A stretch of DNA of 64,000 bases from an uncultured Actinomycetota bacterium (GTDB lineage Bacteria > Actinomycetota > UBA4738 > HRBIN12): the NCBI GenBank assembly GCA_963762745.1, contig CAVXMB010000005.1, positions 72,283 through 136,282 of the forward strand, given 5' to 3'. The notes below the pieces were generated by a model. The model was not told the origin of the DNA. It did not search any database and was given only the letters and a program-made list of their open reading frames with translations. The position numbers and the translations under genes are program-made. Of the stretch, positions 1-8,374 are shown one piece after another. Each line of letters starts with the position of its first letter. Positions within the stretch are counted from its first letter, which is position 1.

Positions 1-562
1 CTCGGAGGAACTCGAGCCCGAGCGGGTTCTGGATCCTGAACCGGTTCGGCTCGCCGTAGATGCTGCCGGGGCGGAACACCAGCCAGACCAGACAGAGGAT
101 GCTTCCGGCGAGCCATGCACGGCCGACCCAGCGCCAGTTCGGCGTCGGGGGTGCGCCCGTCGGGAACAACAGGAAGAGCATCGGGATCGCGAGCGCCATC
201 ACCGCGGGGAACAGGTTCGCCGTCATCCCGGCGATCCCCGTGCCGGGGAGACTCGCAACGTAGGGCTCCCGGAAGGCAACCTCGAGGTATCCCTCGCCGG
301 GCAAGCCGAGGGCGAGGCTCCCGCCCATCACGAGGAACACCCAGCCGAGCACGTTGTCCGCTCGCGTCACGATGAGCCGACCGAGCGTGGAGAACCCGGC
401 AACGAGCACGATCATCAGCACGACGAAGAGTGGATCGCCGCCACCCTCCCCGGTGATGGCCCCCGCGATCACGGCGATGATGACCAGCGACAGGATGCTG
501 AGCGAACCGAGATGGACGATCCGGGCCCATCGAGCCGAGCGCGTCGTCGTTCGTTGGCTCAC
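1..562 (-). CDS. sensor histidine kinase paralogue, N-terminal polytopic membrane domain only (3' part lies beyond the window edge)
   Basis: Own minus-strand translation from GTG 562-560: VSQRTTTRSARWARIVHLGSLSILSLVIIAVIAG...IVTRADNVLGWVFLVMGG...PMLFLLFPTGAPPTPNWRWVGRAWLAG...RFRIQNPLGLEFLR. Absent from the ORF track because no stop lies in the window. High GC3. Same membrane layout and FPxG-x4-P-x-WR motif as kinases 559-2697 and 5339-7414. Its GTG overlaps the stop of the upstream kinase (GTGA). Confidence 0.6.
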   Translation of the reverse strand, partial: MSQRTTTRSARWARIVHLGSLSILSLVIIAVIAGAITGEGGGDPLFVVLMIVLVAGFSTLGRLIVTRADNVLGWVFLVMGGSLALGLPGEGYLEVAFREPYVASLPGTGIAGMTANLFPAVMALAIPMLFLLFPTGAPPTPNWRWVGRAWLAGSILCLVWLVFRPGSIYGEPNRFRIQNPLGLEFLR

Positions 563-2697
563 GATCGCACCCGTTCCGGGACCCGAAGGCGCCCCGAGAC
601 CATCGTTCCGGTGCCCGGCGTCGATGTGATGGTGACGTCGCCTCCGAACGCGGCCAGTCGATCACGCATGTTCTGCAGGCCGGTACCACCTGCCGTCTCG
701 ATCGCGTCGAAGCCGATGCCGTCGTCTTGCACGCGGAAGGACAGCGTGTCGCCCTCGCGAGCGAGGGACACGTGGACCCCGGCGGCTCGTGCGTACTTGG
801 CGGCGTTCTGCATCGCCTCGAGGCACACGAAGTAGACGGCCGCCTCGATCTCGATCGGAAGGCGGCCGACACCGTCGCCGTCGACCGAGACGGGCACCCC
901 GGCAGCTCGGCCCTGCACCGCAAGGGCGACGCCGATCCCCTGCTCCTCCAGCACCGCGGGATAGATGCCCGTGGCCAGGTCGAGCAGGGTCGTCAGCGCG
1001 AGATCCGTCTGATCCCGCAGTTCCATGAGTTGGTCCGCCGCGCGCTGCGGATCCTTCCCAGCCGTTGCGCCTGCGAGGCGGAGCTTGACGGCGAGCGCCA
1101 CCAGGTGCTGCTGCGCGCCGTCGTGGATGTTGCGTTCCAGACGGCGACGCTCCGCGTCGTGGGCTTGCACGATCCTCATCCGGGACGCCTGGAGCTCCTG
1201 TGCGCGAACGGACAGTTCATCGACCCTCGCCTGGAGCTCGTCCGTGAGTGCCTGGTTCCTGACGACGAGCCCCGTCTGCGACGCGAGGTCGCGGAGCAGC
1301 TTCTCTTCGGCCGGGCGGAGCGCCTTGCCCGGGTCGGTCCACACCCGGATCTGTCCGAGCACCTGGTGCTGATACCGGATGTCCTCGGCACGCCACTCGC
1401 GACCCGTCTCGTTCCCGTCGCTTGGCCACGAGGCCGCTCGGAGCCGTTCGTCGCCGGTGTCGAGCCAGATCTCGACGCGCGTCGCCCCGGTCGCTTCCGC
1501 GATCACCCGTGCCGTCCGCGGGACGATGTCGCCCGCCGCGTACGTGGCGCCGACCCTTTCATTGAAGCGAGCGAGCACCTCATAGGGCTCCGCCCGCTTC
1601 CCGAAGACGAGGCGGTTGGCGAGCTTCGTGGCGCGTCGCCGGATCGGTTGGAAGAGCGCCGCGACGATCGCAGTCGCCACGAGTGAGGGGACGAGCGAGT
1701 CGGCGTCGGTCGCGCGCGTGCCGATCACCACGACGACCACGACGTAGATGGCTGTGATGAACGCGGCGAGCGCCCCGAACACGAGCGTCCGCCGGATCAC
1801 GACGTCGATCTCGTACAGCCGGTGTTTCAAGATCGCGATCCCCGTGGCGACCGGGATCCCGATCGCGAGCACGAGGAAGAACAGGAAGAACAACGCGTTG
1901 TTCAGGCCGACGTAGTTCTCCGACGCGAAGCTGCCGATCATCAGGACGAGCGCCGCAAGACCGACGTACGCCAGCCAGCGGATCTGCTGGCGCTCGTCCC
2001 CGGACGACCTCCTGAACCTGAGCACCAGTGAGGTCAAGGCTGCGAGCGCCGCGGCGAGCGAACCGATCCCGCCCACCGTCAGGAAGACGCTCGCGAGCGG
2101 CGCGAGCGACTCGACCGCGGTCGGATTGTCGAGCGGGAACCGTTCCGGCGTCTCGAGCGGGTTCGGCGAGAGGATGAACCCGAGGATCGCGAGGAGCGTG
2201 AAGCCTCCGATCGCCCACAGGAGGAAGCGCCATCGAGGCGATGGTGGACGGCCGTCCGGGAACAGGAGCAAGACGAGCGGCACGGCCACCAGCGCCAGCA
2301 CGAAGAGCCAGCTCTGGAGCCACGCGAGCGGAACCACCATCGTCATCCGCCCGGTCACGAGCCCCCGCGTCACGAACTCGTCCGCGAAGGCGGTGATCGC
2401 GAAGATCGCGGCGATCCCACAGAAGAGCCATCCGATGGCGTTCCGAGGGTGACGCGATGCGATCAGTGCGCCGACGGCGCCGTACCCGAGCACCAGGCCG
2501 ATCCCTCCGTAGATGAAGACGACGTCGTCATCCCCCTGCCGGTACCCGGCCTCCAGCACGAGTCCCCAGGCGATGAGGACGACGTCGAGGGTCAGCAGCC
2601 CCCACGCCAGCCGGGAAGCCGTCCTCGCTCTCACGGCTCCACGACCGAGAGGAGTCTCGAGGTGTTCCGCCCTTCGATCATGACCGGATGCTCCCAT
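559..2697 (-). CDS. sensor histidine kinase, NarL-partner type (polytopic membrane sensor + HisKA_3 + HATPase_c)
   Basis: 712-aa ORF with many hydrophobic segments in the first ~400 aa, including LLLFPDGRPPSPRWRF. H-box ERRRLERNIHDGAQQHLVAL is typical of HisKA_3. C-terminal ATPase boxes QNAAKYA, DDGIGF and GTGLQNMRDRL...TSTPGTGT. Confidence 0.9.
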   Translation of the reverse strand: MGASGHDRRAEHLETPLGRGAVRARTASRLAWGLLTLDVVLIAWGLVLEAGYRQGDDDVVFIYGGIGLVLGYGAVGALIASRHPRNAIGWLFCGIAAIFAITAFADEFVTRGLVTGRMTMVVPLAWLQSWLFVLALVAVPLVLLLFPDGRPPSPRWRFLLWAIGGFTLLAILGFILSPNPLETPERFPLDNPTAVESLAPLASVFLTVGGIGSLAAALAALTSLVLRFRRSSGDERQQIRWLAYVGLAALVLMIGSFASENYVGLNNALFFLFFLVLAIGIPVATGIAILKHRLYEIDVVIRRTLVFGALAAFITAIYVVVVVVIGTRATDADSLVPSLVATAIVAALFQPIRRRATKLANRLVFGKRAEPYEVLARFNERVGATYAAGDIVPRTARVIAEATGATRVEIWLDTGDERLRAASWPSDGNETGREWRAEDIRYQHQVLGQIRVWTDPGKALRPAEEKLLRDLASQTGLVVRNQALTDELQARVDELSVRAQELQASRMRIVQAHDAERRRLERNIHDGAQQHLVALAVKLRLAGATAGKDPQRAADQLMELRDQTDLALTTLLDLATGIYPAVLEEQGIGVALAVQGRAAGVPVSVDGDGVGRLPIEIEAAVYFVCLEAMQNAAKYARAAGVHVSLAREGDTLSFRVQDDGIGFDAIETAGGTGLQNMRDRLAAFGGDVTITSTPGTGTMVSGRLRVPERVRS

Positions 2698-2870
2698 CGG
2701 CGGCGCCCGGCTCCAAGGGCGTCGACCTGCGGTTTCCGGCGCGAGAACACCCGGTCAGGGGGTGTGCTGGCACCCCGAGGAAGTCGGCATGCGAGCGCCG
2801 TCGTCGGACCGGGGTCGGCGGCGTAGCGTCAGCCTGACGAAAGAAGAAGGACGAACGAAGGAGGCCCCAG

Positions 2871-3278
2871 ATGACGACGATCCTGGTGGGAACCGACACC
2901 TCGGCGGCCGCGGATCTCGCGGTCGAGGATGCGGCGCGTCTCGCGCGCGACCGCGGCGCCGAGCTCTTGGTCTTGTACGTGAAGTCCGAGGGTGACGTTC
3001 GGGCGGTCGTCGACCCCGACCGCGCGGCAGATCCCCAGACGCATCTGCGGCGCCTCGCCGGGAGGTTCCCCGGTCTGTCGATCACGACACGGATCGAGGA
3101 CGGCGACGCGGCGGCTCGGATCGTCGACGTGGCCGAGGAGATCCGAGCGGACACCATCGTGCTCGGGAACCGCGGCACCCACGGGTCACGATGGCGCGTC
3201 CGCGAGACGGTCCCGAACCTCGTGCTCCGACACGCGCCGTGCAGCGTCTACATCGTCGACACGCGGAAGGCGCAGTGA
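2871..3278 (+). CDS. universal stress protein (single USP domain)
   Basis: 135 aa: MTTILVGTDTSAAADLAVEDAARLA...IVLGNRGTHGSRWRVRETVPNLVLRHAPCSVYIV. GAAGGAGG lies 6 nt upstream of the ATG. Confidence 0.9.
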   Translation: MTTILVGTDTSAAADLAVEDAARLARDRGAELLVLYVKSEGDVRAVVDPDRAADPQTHLRRLAGRFPGLSITTRIEDGDAAARIVDVAEEIRADTIVLGNRGTHGSRWRVRETVPNLVLRHAPCSVYIVDTRKAQ

Positions 3279-3334
3279 AGGTGCGCAGTCGCGACGCACG
3301 GGGGCTGGTCGAGCGCGCGAGACATGTGGGCGCG

Positions 3335-4015
3335 CTACGACTGATCGCGGAGGAAGGCGAGCACCGCCATCACTCGGCGGTGCACGTCTGGCTCCTCGGT
3401 CAGACCCAGCTTGTGGAACAACGAGTTGATGTGCTTCTCGACCGCACGCTCGGTGAGGAAGAGCGACTTCGCGATCGCGGCGTTGTTCTGGCCCTGGGCC
3501 ATGTGACCGAGCACCTCGCGCTCCCGGTCGGTCAGTCGCGCGAGCGGCGAGTGCGCGAGGTGCTCCTTCGCGGCGACGAGCGCCTCGACGATCTTCGGGT
3601 CGAGGACGCTCCCGCCGCGGGCCACCTCGGTCAGCGCACGCACCAGCTCCTCGACGTCGGCCACGCGTTCCTTCAACAGGTATCCGAGGCCGGCCGCGCC
3701 GTCTTTCAGCAGGTCGTACGCGTACTCCTCCTCCGCGAACTGCGAGAGCACCACGACCCCGATCTCCGGGTGCGACGCTCGGATCTGCTTCGCACCCCGG
3801 ATCCCCTCGTCGGTCCCGCTCGGCGGCATGCGGATATCGGTGAGCACGGCATCCGGCCCGTGCTCGTCGACCGCGAAGAGCAGCTCGTCGAGGCTCGACG
3901 CCATGCCGACGATCTCGACTTCTTCGGCGGTCGCGAGGAGGGCGGCGGTTCCTTCCCGCACGAGGTAGTTATCCTCGGCGAAGACCACCCGCAGCGGCAT
4001 GCGCGGATGGTACAC
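3335..4015 (-). CDS. response regulator, NarL/LuxR family (REC + GerE HTH)
   Basis: 226 aa. Receiver RVVFAEDNYLVREG...DAVLTDIRMPP...VVVLSQ. HTH LTDREREVLGHMAQGQNNAAIAKSLFLTERAVEKHINSLFHKLGL. The start may be the internal Met at 4000. Confidence 0.9.
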   Translation of the reverse strand: MYHPRMPLRVVFAEDNYLVREGTAALLATAEEVEIVGMASSLDELLFAVDEHGPDAVLTDIRMPPSGTDEGIRGAKQIRASHPEIGVVVLSQFAEEEYAYDLLKDGAAGLGYLLKERVADVEELVRALTEVARGGSVLDPKIVEALVAAKEHLAHSPLARLTDREREVLGHMAQGQNNAAIAKSLFLTERAVEKHINSLFHKLGLTEEPDVHRRVMAVLAFLRDQS

Positions 4016-4050
4016 GCGAGGAACTTGCAGAGGTTTCGGGGGGCGGTGGC

Positions 4051-4665
4051 GTGACGATCCGGGTGGTGCTCGGCGAGGACAACGTCCTGGTTCGCGAGGG
4101 CGTGCGGGCGCTGCTGAACTCCTACGAGGACATCGAGGTCGTGGGGGTCGCCGAAGACGCGCCCACGTTGCTCGCGACGGCGGCGGAGCACAGCCCCGAC
4201 GTCGTCGTGACCGACATCAAGATGCCGCCGTCCTTCCAACTCGAGGGGATCGACTGCGCGCACTCGATCCGCGACCGCCATCCCGACACGGGCGTGGTGG
4301 TGCTGTCCGCACACGACGACGAGGAATACGCGATCGCGCTCCTCGGCAAGGGCCACAGCGGGCTGGCCTACCTCCTGAAGGATCGGATCGCGCAGGGCGA
4401 CGAGCTCGCCCGCGCGATCCGGGAGGTGCAGAGCGGCGGGAGCGTGGTGGACCCGACGATCGCCGAGCGCTTGTCCGGGCGAGCCGAGTCCCAGGAGGAG
4501 GACCGCATCGTGCTCGACATGATGGCTCAGGGCCTCGGCTACGAGGCGATGGCGGCCGCACTCGGCACGACCCAGGAAGCGGTGGACGGTCGCGTGACGA
4601 TGCTCTTCCGGCGGATGGCGGGTGACGGCGGAGCCGGCACCGGCCTGCTCGGGGAGTTCAAGAGA
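4051..4665 (+). CDS. REC + degenerate LuxR-type HTH module; no in-frame stop, coding signal leaves this frame near 4660
   Basis: Frame-1 ORF 4051-5097. Receiver IRVVLGEDNVLVREG...DVVVTDIKMPP...VVVLSAH. HTH-like EDRIVLDMMAQGLGYEAMAAALGTTQEAVDGRVTMLFRRM, paralogous to RR 3335-4015. After ~4660 this frame is Arg-rich and non-coding-like, while frame 2 carries a cyclase domain. Confidence 0.7.
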
Positions 4666-5339
4666 GCTGCACGCCGCGGTCGTCGAGCAGTCGGCGACCG
4701 CCACGTCGCTCAAGTCCTACGTGCCGTCGCAGTTCGTGGACGCGCTCGCTCGCGGCGGGGACGCCGCGAGCCAGCGCGAGCTCGAGGTGACCGTCCTGTT
4801 CAGCGACATCCGAGGGTTCTCGACGATCGCCGAGCGACTCACGGCTCGGGAGATCGGCGAGATCGTCGGACGTCACCTCGGCGCGATGGCCGAGGTGATC
4901 TCCGAGCACGGCGGCACGATCGACAAGTTCCAAGGCGACGCGGTGATGGCCGTCTTCGGCGCACCGGAGCCGTCCGAGGATCACGCGGAGCGTGCGTTGC
5001 AGATGCGCGCTGGCGATGCAGGATCGCCAGCGCGAGCTCAACTCGATGGGCTGGGGGACAGAAGCGGTCGACGGACTCCACGTGGGGATCGGGTTGAACA
5101 CCGGCGTCGTCATGGCCGGCGCCATCGGTGGCGGCGGGCGTCTCGAGTACACCGTGATCGGGGACGCGGTGAACGTCGCACAGCGGCTGCAGTCCGAGGC
5201 CGGAGGAGGCGAGGTCGTCGCCGCGGCCTCGACCGTCTCGGCAGCGCCTGCCGTCGCGGCCGAGTCGATCGGCCCGCGCGTCGTCAAGGGCCGCGAGGAA
5301 CCCGTCGAGGTCTTCCGGATCGTGGGGAGCGTCGCGTGA
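4622..5339 (+). pseudogene. class III adenylate/guanylate cyclase catalytic domain split over two reading frames
   Basis: Frame 2: ...SYVPSQFVDAL...ELEVTVLFSDIRGFSTIAERL...GGTIDKFQGDAVMAVFGAPEPSEDHAERAL. Frame 0 from ~5000: CALAMQDRQRELN...GLHVGIGLNTGVVMAGAIGGGGRLEYTVIGDAVNVAQRLQSEA...KGREEPVEVFRI. Stop TGA 5337-5339 overlaps the ATG of the next kinase. The domain is contiguous only if one nt near 4995-5005 is skipped. Confidence 0.75.
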
Positions 5340-7414
5340 TGGCCGCGACCCCTCCGATCTCCCGGCCGGCTCGCTGGCCGTGGGTCGTCATCGCCCTCGG
5401 CGCCGCGTTCGCGTCCCTCGGGCTGGTGTTCACGTCCATGAACGGCGACCCGCTCATCAGCGAAGCGACCAACTTCCTCGCGTTCATGGGGATGGGCGTG
5501 GTCGGAGCCCTCAGCCTCAGCCGTGCGCCGGGCAACCGGATCGGCGCCCTGATGCTCTGGGTGGCGGTCACCGTCGGGGTCGCCTTCGCGACCGCCGAAT
5601 GGTCGACCTACCTCTTCGACCATGGAGATCGGACCGCCGCGGGTTGGGTGGGCTGGCCGGGGAATACGCTATGGGCACTCAGCCTCTTCCCGCTGCTGGT
5701 GTTGCTGCCGCTCTGGTTCCCCGACGGGAAGCTCTTGTCGCCTCGTTGGCGATCCGTGTCCTGGGTCGGGATCGCGCTGTCCGTCGCCGCCTTCCTCACG
5801 ATCGGGTTCGCGTCGCCCACGCAGCCGGTGTCCGTCGACGCCGTGGGCAACGACATCGAGATCGCCAACCCGCTCCACGTGCCGGCGCTGGGAGCGATCG
5901 ACTGGCTCGCATGGGCGTTGTGGCCAGCGCTCCTCGCGCTCTTCGTTCTCGCGATCTCCTCGATGTTCATCCGGTTCCGCCGATCGACCGGGGTGGAGCG
6001 GCAGCAGCTCAAGTGGTTCGCGTTCGCGGCCACCCTCCTCGCCGGCTACTTCATCGTGAGTGCGATCCTCGAAGCCGTCGGCGTCTCCGAAGGGAGCATC
6101 GGGCAGATCGTTTCCGGGCTGGTGTTCGCGGGGATCCCGGTCGCGGTGGGGATCGCGATCCTGCAGTACCGGCTCTGGGACCTCGACATCGTCGTGAAGA
6201 AGGCGGTGGTGGCGGGGACCGTGGTCGTCCTCGCACTCCTCGTGTACGCGGGCGCCGTCGCACTGATCGGCACGCTGACCGTCGACGAGAACCGTCCCGC
6301 GCTCCTGTTCGGCGTCGCGCTCGCGCTCGGGATCGCCTTCCGGCCCGTGATGCGCATCGCGCGTCGCGTCGCCGATCGGCTCGCATACGGCAAGCGCGCG
6401 ACGCCCTATGAGGTGCTGACGGAGTTCTCGGAGCGGATGGGCACGTCCTACGCCACCGAGGACGTGCTCCCACGGATGGCGCAGGTCCTGGGAGAGGGGA
6501 CGGGAGCGGACGTCGCGCGGATCTGGCTGCGGGTCGGCAACGAGTACCGACCCGCCGCGGCCTGGCCCCTCGACGCTCCGTCGGTGACGCCCATCAGGGC
6601 CACATCGTCCGGATCCGAAGTTCCGGGCGAGACCGTGACGGAGGTGCGCGACCGCGGTGAGCTGCTCGGTGCGCTCTCCCTGCGGATGCCCGCGTCCGAC
6701 CCGATGAGCCCCTCCAAAGACAAGTTGGTGAGAGACCTCGCAGCCCAGGCGGGACTCGTGCTGCGGAACGTGCGGTTGGTCGAAGACGTCCGAGCCTCGC
6801 GTCAGCGGCTCGTGGCGGCGCAGGACGAGGAACGGCGGCGGCTGGAGCGCAACATCCACGACGGCGCGCAGCAACAGCTCGTCGCGCTCGCGGTCAAGGC
6901 GCGGCTCGCTCGGCAGCTGACCGAGCGCGAGCCCGCGAAGGCCGCGGAGATCCTCGGTCAGATCGAGGCCGAGACGCAGACGGCGCTCGAGGACCTGCGG
7001 GACCTCGCCCGAGGGATCTACCCGCCGCTGCTCGCGGATCGCGGTCTGGTGGCTGCGCTCGAAGCGCAATCGCGCAAGGCCCCGGTGCCGGTGAGCGTCC
7101 AGGCGGAGTCCGTCGGCCGTTACTCGGCCGACGTGGAGGCCACCGTCTACTTCTGCACCCTGGAGGCGCTCCAGAACGTCGCCAAGTACGCCGGGACGGA
7201 TCGCACCGTGATCCGTCTGTCGCAATCCAACGGCAGCCTCTCCTTCGAGGTGGTGGACGAAGGTCGAGGCTTCGACCCGAACGAGGTGGCCACCGGCTCC
7301 GGACTCCAGGGCATGGCCGACAGACTGGCCGCCGTGGGAGGCTCTCTCGAGATCCGATCGGCACCCGGCAGCGGCACCACGGTGGCGGGCCGAGTGCCGG
7401 TCACCGCTGCCTGA
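5339..7414 (+). CDS. sensor histidine kinase, NarL-partner type (polytopic membrane sensor + HisKA_3 + HATPase_c)
   Basis: Real part of track ORF 4622-7414, from ATG 5339 (TGATG overlap). MAATPPISRPARWPWVVIALGAAF..., LPLWFPDGKLLSPRWRS, H-box ERRRLERNIHDGAQQQLVAL, DEGRGF, GSGLQGMADRL...RSAPGSGT. Confidence 0.9.
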   Translation: MAATPPISRPARWPWVVIALGAAFASLGLVFTSMNGDPLISEATNFLAFMGMGVVGALSLSRAPGNRIGALMLWVAVTVGVAFATAEWSTYLFDHGDRTAAGWVGWPGNTLWALSLFPLLVLLPLWFPDGKLLSPRWRSVSWVGIALSVAAFLTIGFASPTQPVSVDAVGNDIEIANPLHVPALGAIDWLAWALWPALLALFVLAISSMFIRFRRSTGVERQQLKWFAFAATLLAGYFIVSAILEAVGVSEGSIGQIVSGLVFAGIPVAVGIAILQYRLWDLDIVVKKAVVAGTVVVLALLVYAGAVALIGTLTVDENRPALLFGVALALGIAFRPVMRIARRVADRLAYGKRATPYEVLTEFSERMGTSYATEDVLPRMAQVLGEGTGADVARIWLRVGNEYRPAAAWPLDAPSVTPIRATSSGSEVPGETVTEVRDRGELLGALSLRMPASDPMSPSKDKLVRDLAAQAGLVLRNVRLVEDVRASRQRLVAAQDEERRRLERNIHDGAQQQLVALAVKARLARQLTEREPAKAAEILGQIEAETQTALEDLRDLARGIYPPLLADRGLVAALEAQSRKAPVPVSVQAESVGRYSADVEATVYFCTLEALQNVAKYAGTDRTVIRLSQSNGSLSFEVVDEGRGFDPNEVATGSGLQGMADRLAAVGGSLEIRSAPGSGTTVAGRVPVTAA

Positions 7415-7438
7415 TCTCGGAAGGGAACGATCGAGGAG

Positions 7439-8203
7439 ATGGGATCCACCCACACACCGGACGCATCTCGGGGACGGCTGGCCTTCCGCCTCGTCGGCTG
7501 GATCTTCGGAGTGCTCACGATCGGATACTCATTGTTCCTCGTCTTGCTCTCGATCGTGTCGAGCGACCCCTCGAACACGATCCACCGTTTCCACTTCCTG
7601 GGAGGCCTTGCCGGCGGGGGACTGATCGGCGTGTTCTCGATCGTCCTGGTGATGCGACCGGGCTGGACGTCTGCCTTCCACGTCCTCGTCGCCCAGGCGA
7701 TCGCGTGGACGATCGGCGGGTTGATGGGTGGTGACTTCCTCACCGGCTTCTACGTCTCCGGTCCGATCGGGGTGATCGTCTTGCTGCTGCTGCATCCCGA
7801 CCCCCGGTCGCTCCTCCGGCTCCCCGGCCACCCGAGCATCGCGCTGATGATCTATGCGGTGATCGCGACGATGCCGGCCTGGATCTACGCGGTGACCGAG
7901 GCGGAGCTCCAGCACGGACCGGCCGCGGACCCGCACGTGCAGATGCATCACTGGTCGGGTGTCGCCGTTGCCGCGCTCTCGATCGCGGGAGCTGGGATCG
8001 CGACGTCTCTGCGTGGTCGTGGCTGGGAAGTCGCGGGCGCGGCGGCGTCGATCGCGGCAGTCCTCTTCGGCGTGGCCGGCCTCGTGTTCGCCGAATATGC
8101 GGGCGCGCCGCCGAGCGGGTGGTCGTGGCTCGCGGTCGCCGCCGGCATCGGGTTCTGGCTCCTCGTCCGAGTCGAAGCGGCGCGAGAGGCACCCGCCGGG
8201 TGA
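7439..8203 (+). CDS. polytopic membrane protein, unknown function (His-rich loops)
   Basis: 254 aa with ~8 hydrophobic segments. Loops HRFHFLGG, HPDPRSLLRLPGHPS and DPHVQMHHW. GAGGAG RBS, 24 nt after the kinase stop. High GC3. Confidence 0.8.
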   Translation: MGSTHTPDASRGRLAFRLVGWIFGVLTIGYSLFLVLLSIVSSDPSNTIHRFHFLGGLAGGGLIGVFSIVLVMRPGWTSAFHVLVAQAIAWTIGGLMGGDFLTGFYVSGPIGVIVLLLLHPDPRSLLRLPGHPSIALMIYAVIATMPAWIYAVTEAELQHGPAADPHVQMHHWSGVAVAALSIAGAGIATSLRGRGWEVAGAAASIAAVLFGVAGLVFAEYAGAPPSGWSWLAVAAGIGFWLLVRVEAAREAPAG

Positions 8204-8370
8204 GCGCACCGGGCCGTTCCCCGTTCCGCCGGTTCGAGCGGTGGCTCGTCGGCCTCTTCATGGCCGTCCTCGTCTTCGTGCTGGAGCGCCTCGTGATGCG
8301 ACAGATCAAGAAGAAGGAGCACGCGCGCTCGGAGTCCCTGGGCGCCGCTGTCACCCTGGGGGAGGACTAG
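8200..8370 (+). CDS. small single-TM protein (56 aa)
   Basis: GTG 8200 overlaps the upstream stop (GTGA). VSAPGRSPFRRFERWLVGLFMAVLVFVLERLVMRQIKKKEHARSESLGAAVTLGED. High GC3. The upstream part of track ORF 8119-8370 is out-of-frame overlap with the previous gene. Confidence 0.55.
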   Translation: MSAPGRSPFRRFERWLVGLFMAVLVFVLERLVMRQIKKKEHARSESLGAAVTLGED

Positions 8371-8374
8371 TCCC

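Noticed and set aside
4660-5097. The DRHVAQVLRAVAV stretch in the frame-1 read-through resembles the DVHRRVMAVLAFL tail of the paralogous regulator, suggesting frame 1 might still be coding
   Set aside because: The similarity is short and needs a gap. The surrounding frame-1 sequence is Arg-rich. Frame 2 carries an unmistakable cyclase domain with near-saturated GC3 over the same nucleotides.
4622-7414. 930-aa ORF read as one giant cyclase-kinase fusion protein
   Set aside because: The segment ~5000-5338 in this frame is pure Arg/Gly junk. The cyclase C-half is demonstrably in another frame and ends in a TGATG overlap with a Met that starts a normal kinase N-terminus. I split it into a cyclase N-half and kinase 5339-7414.
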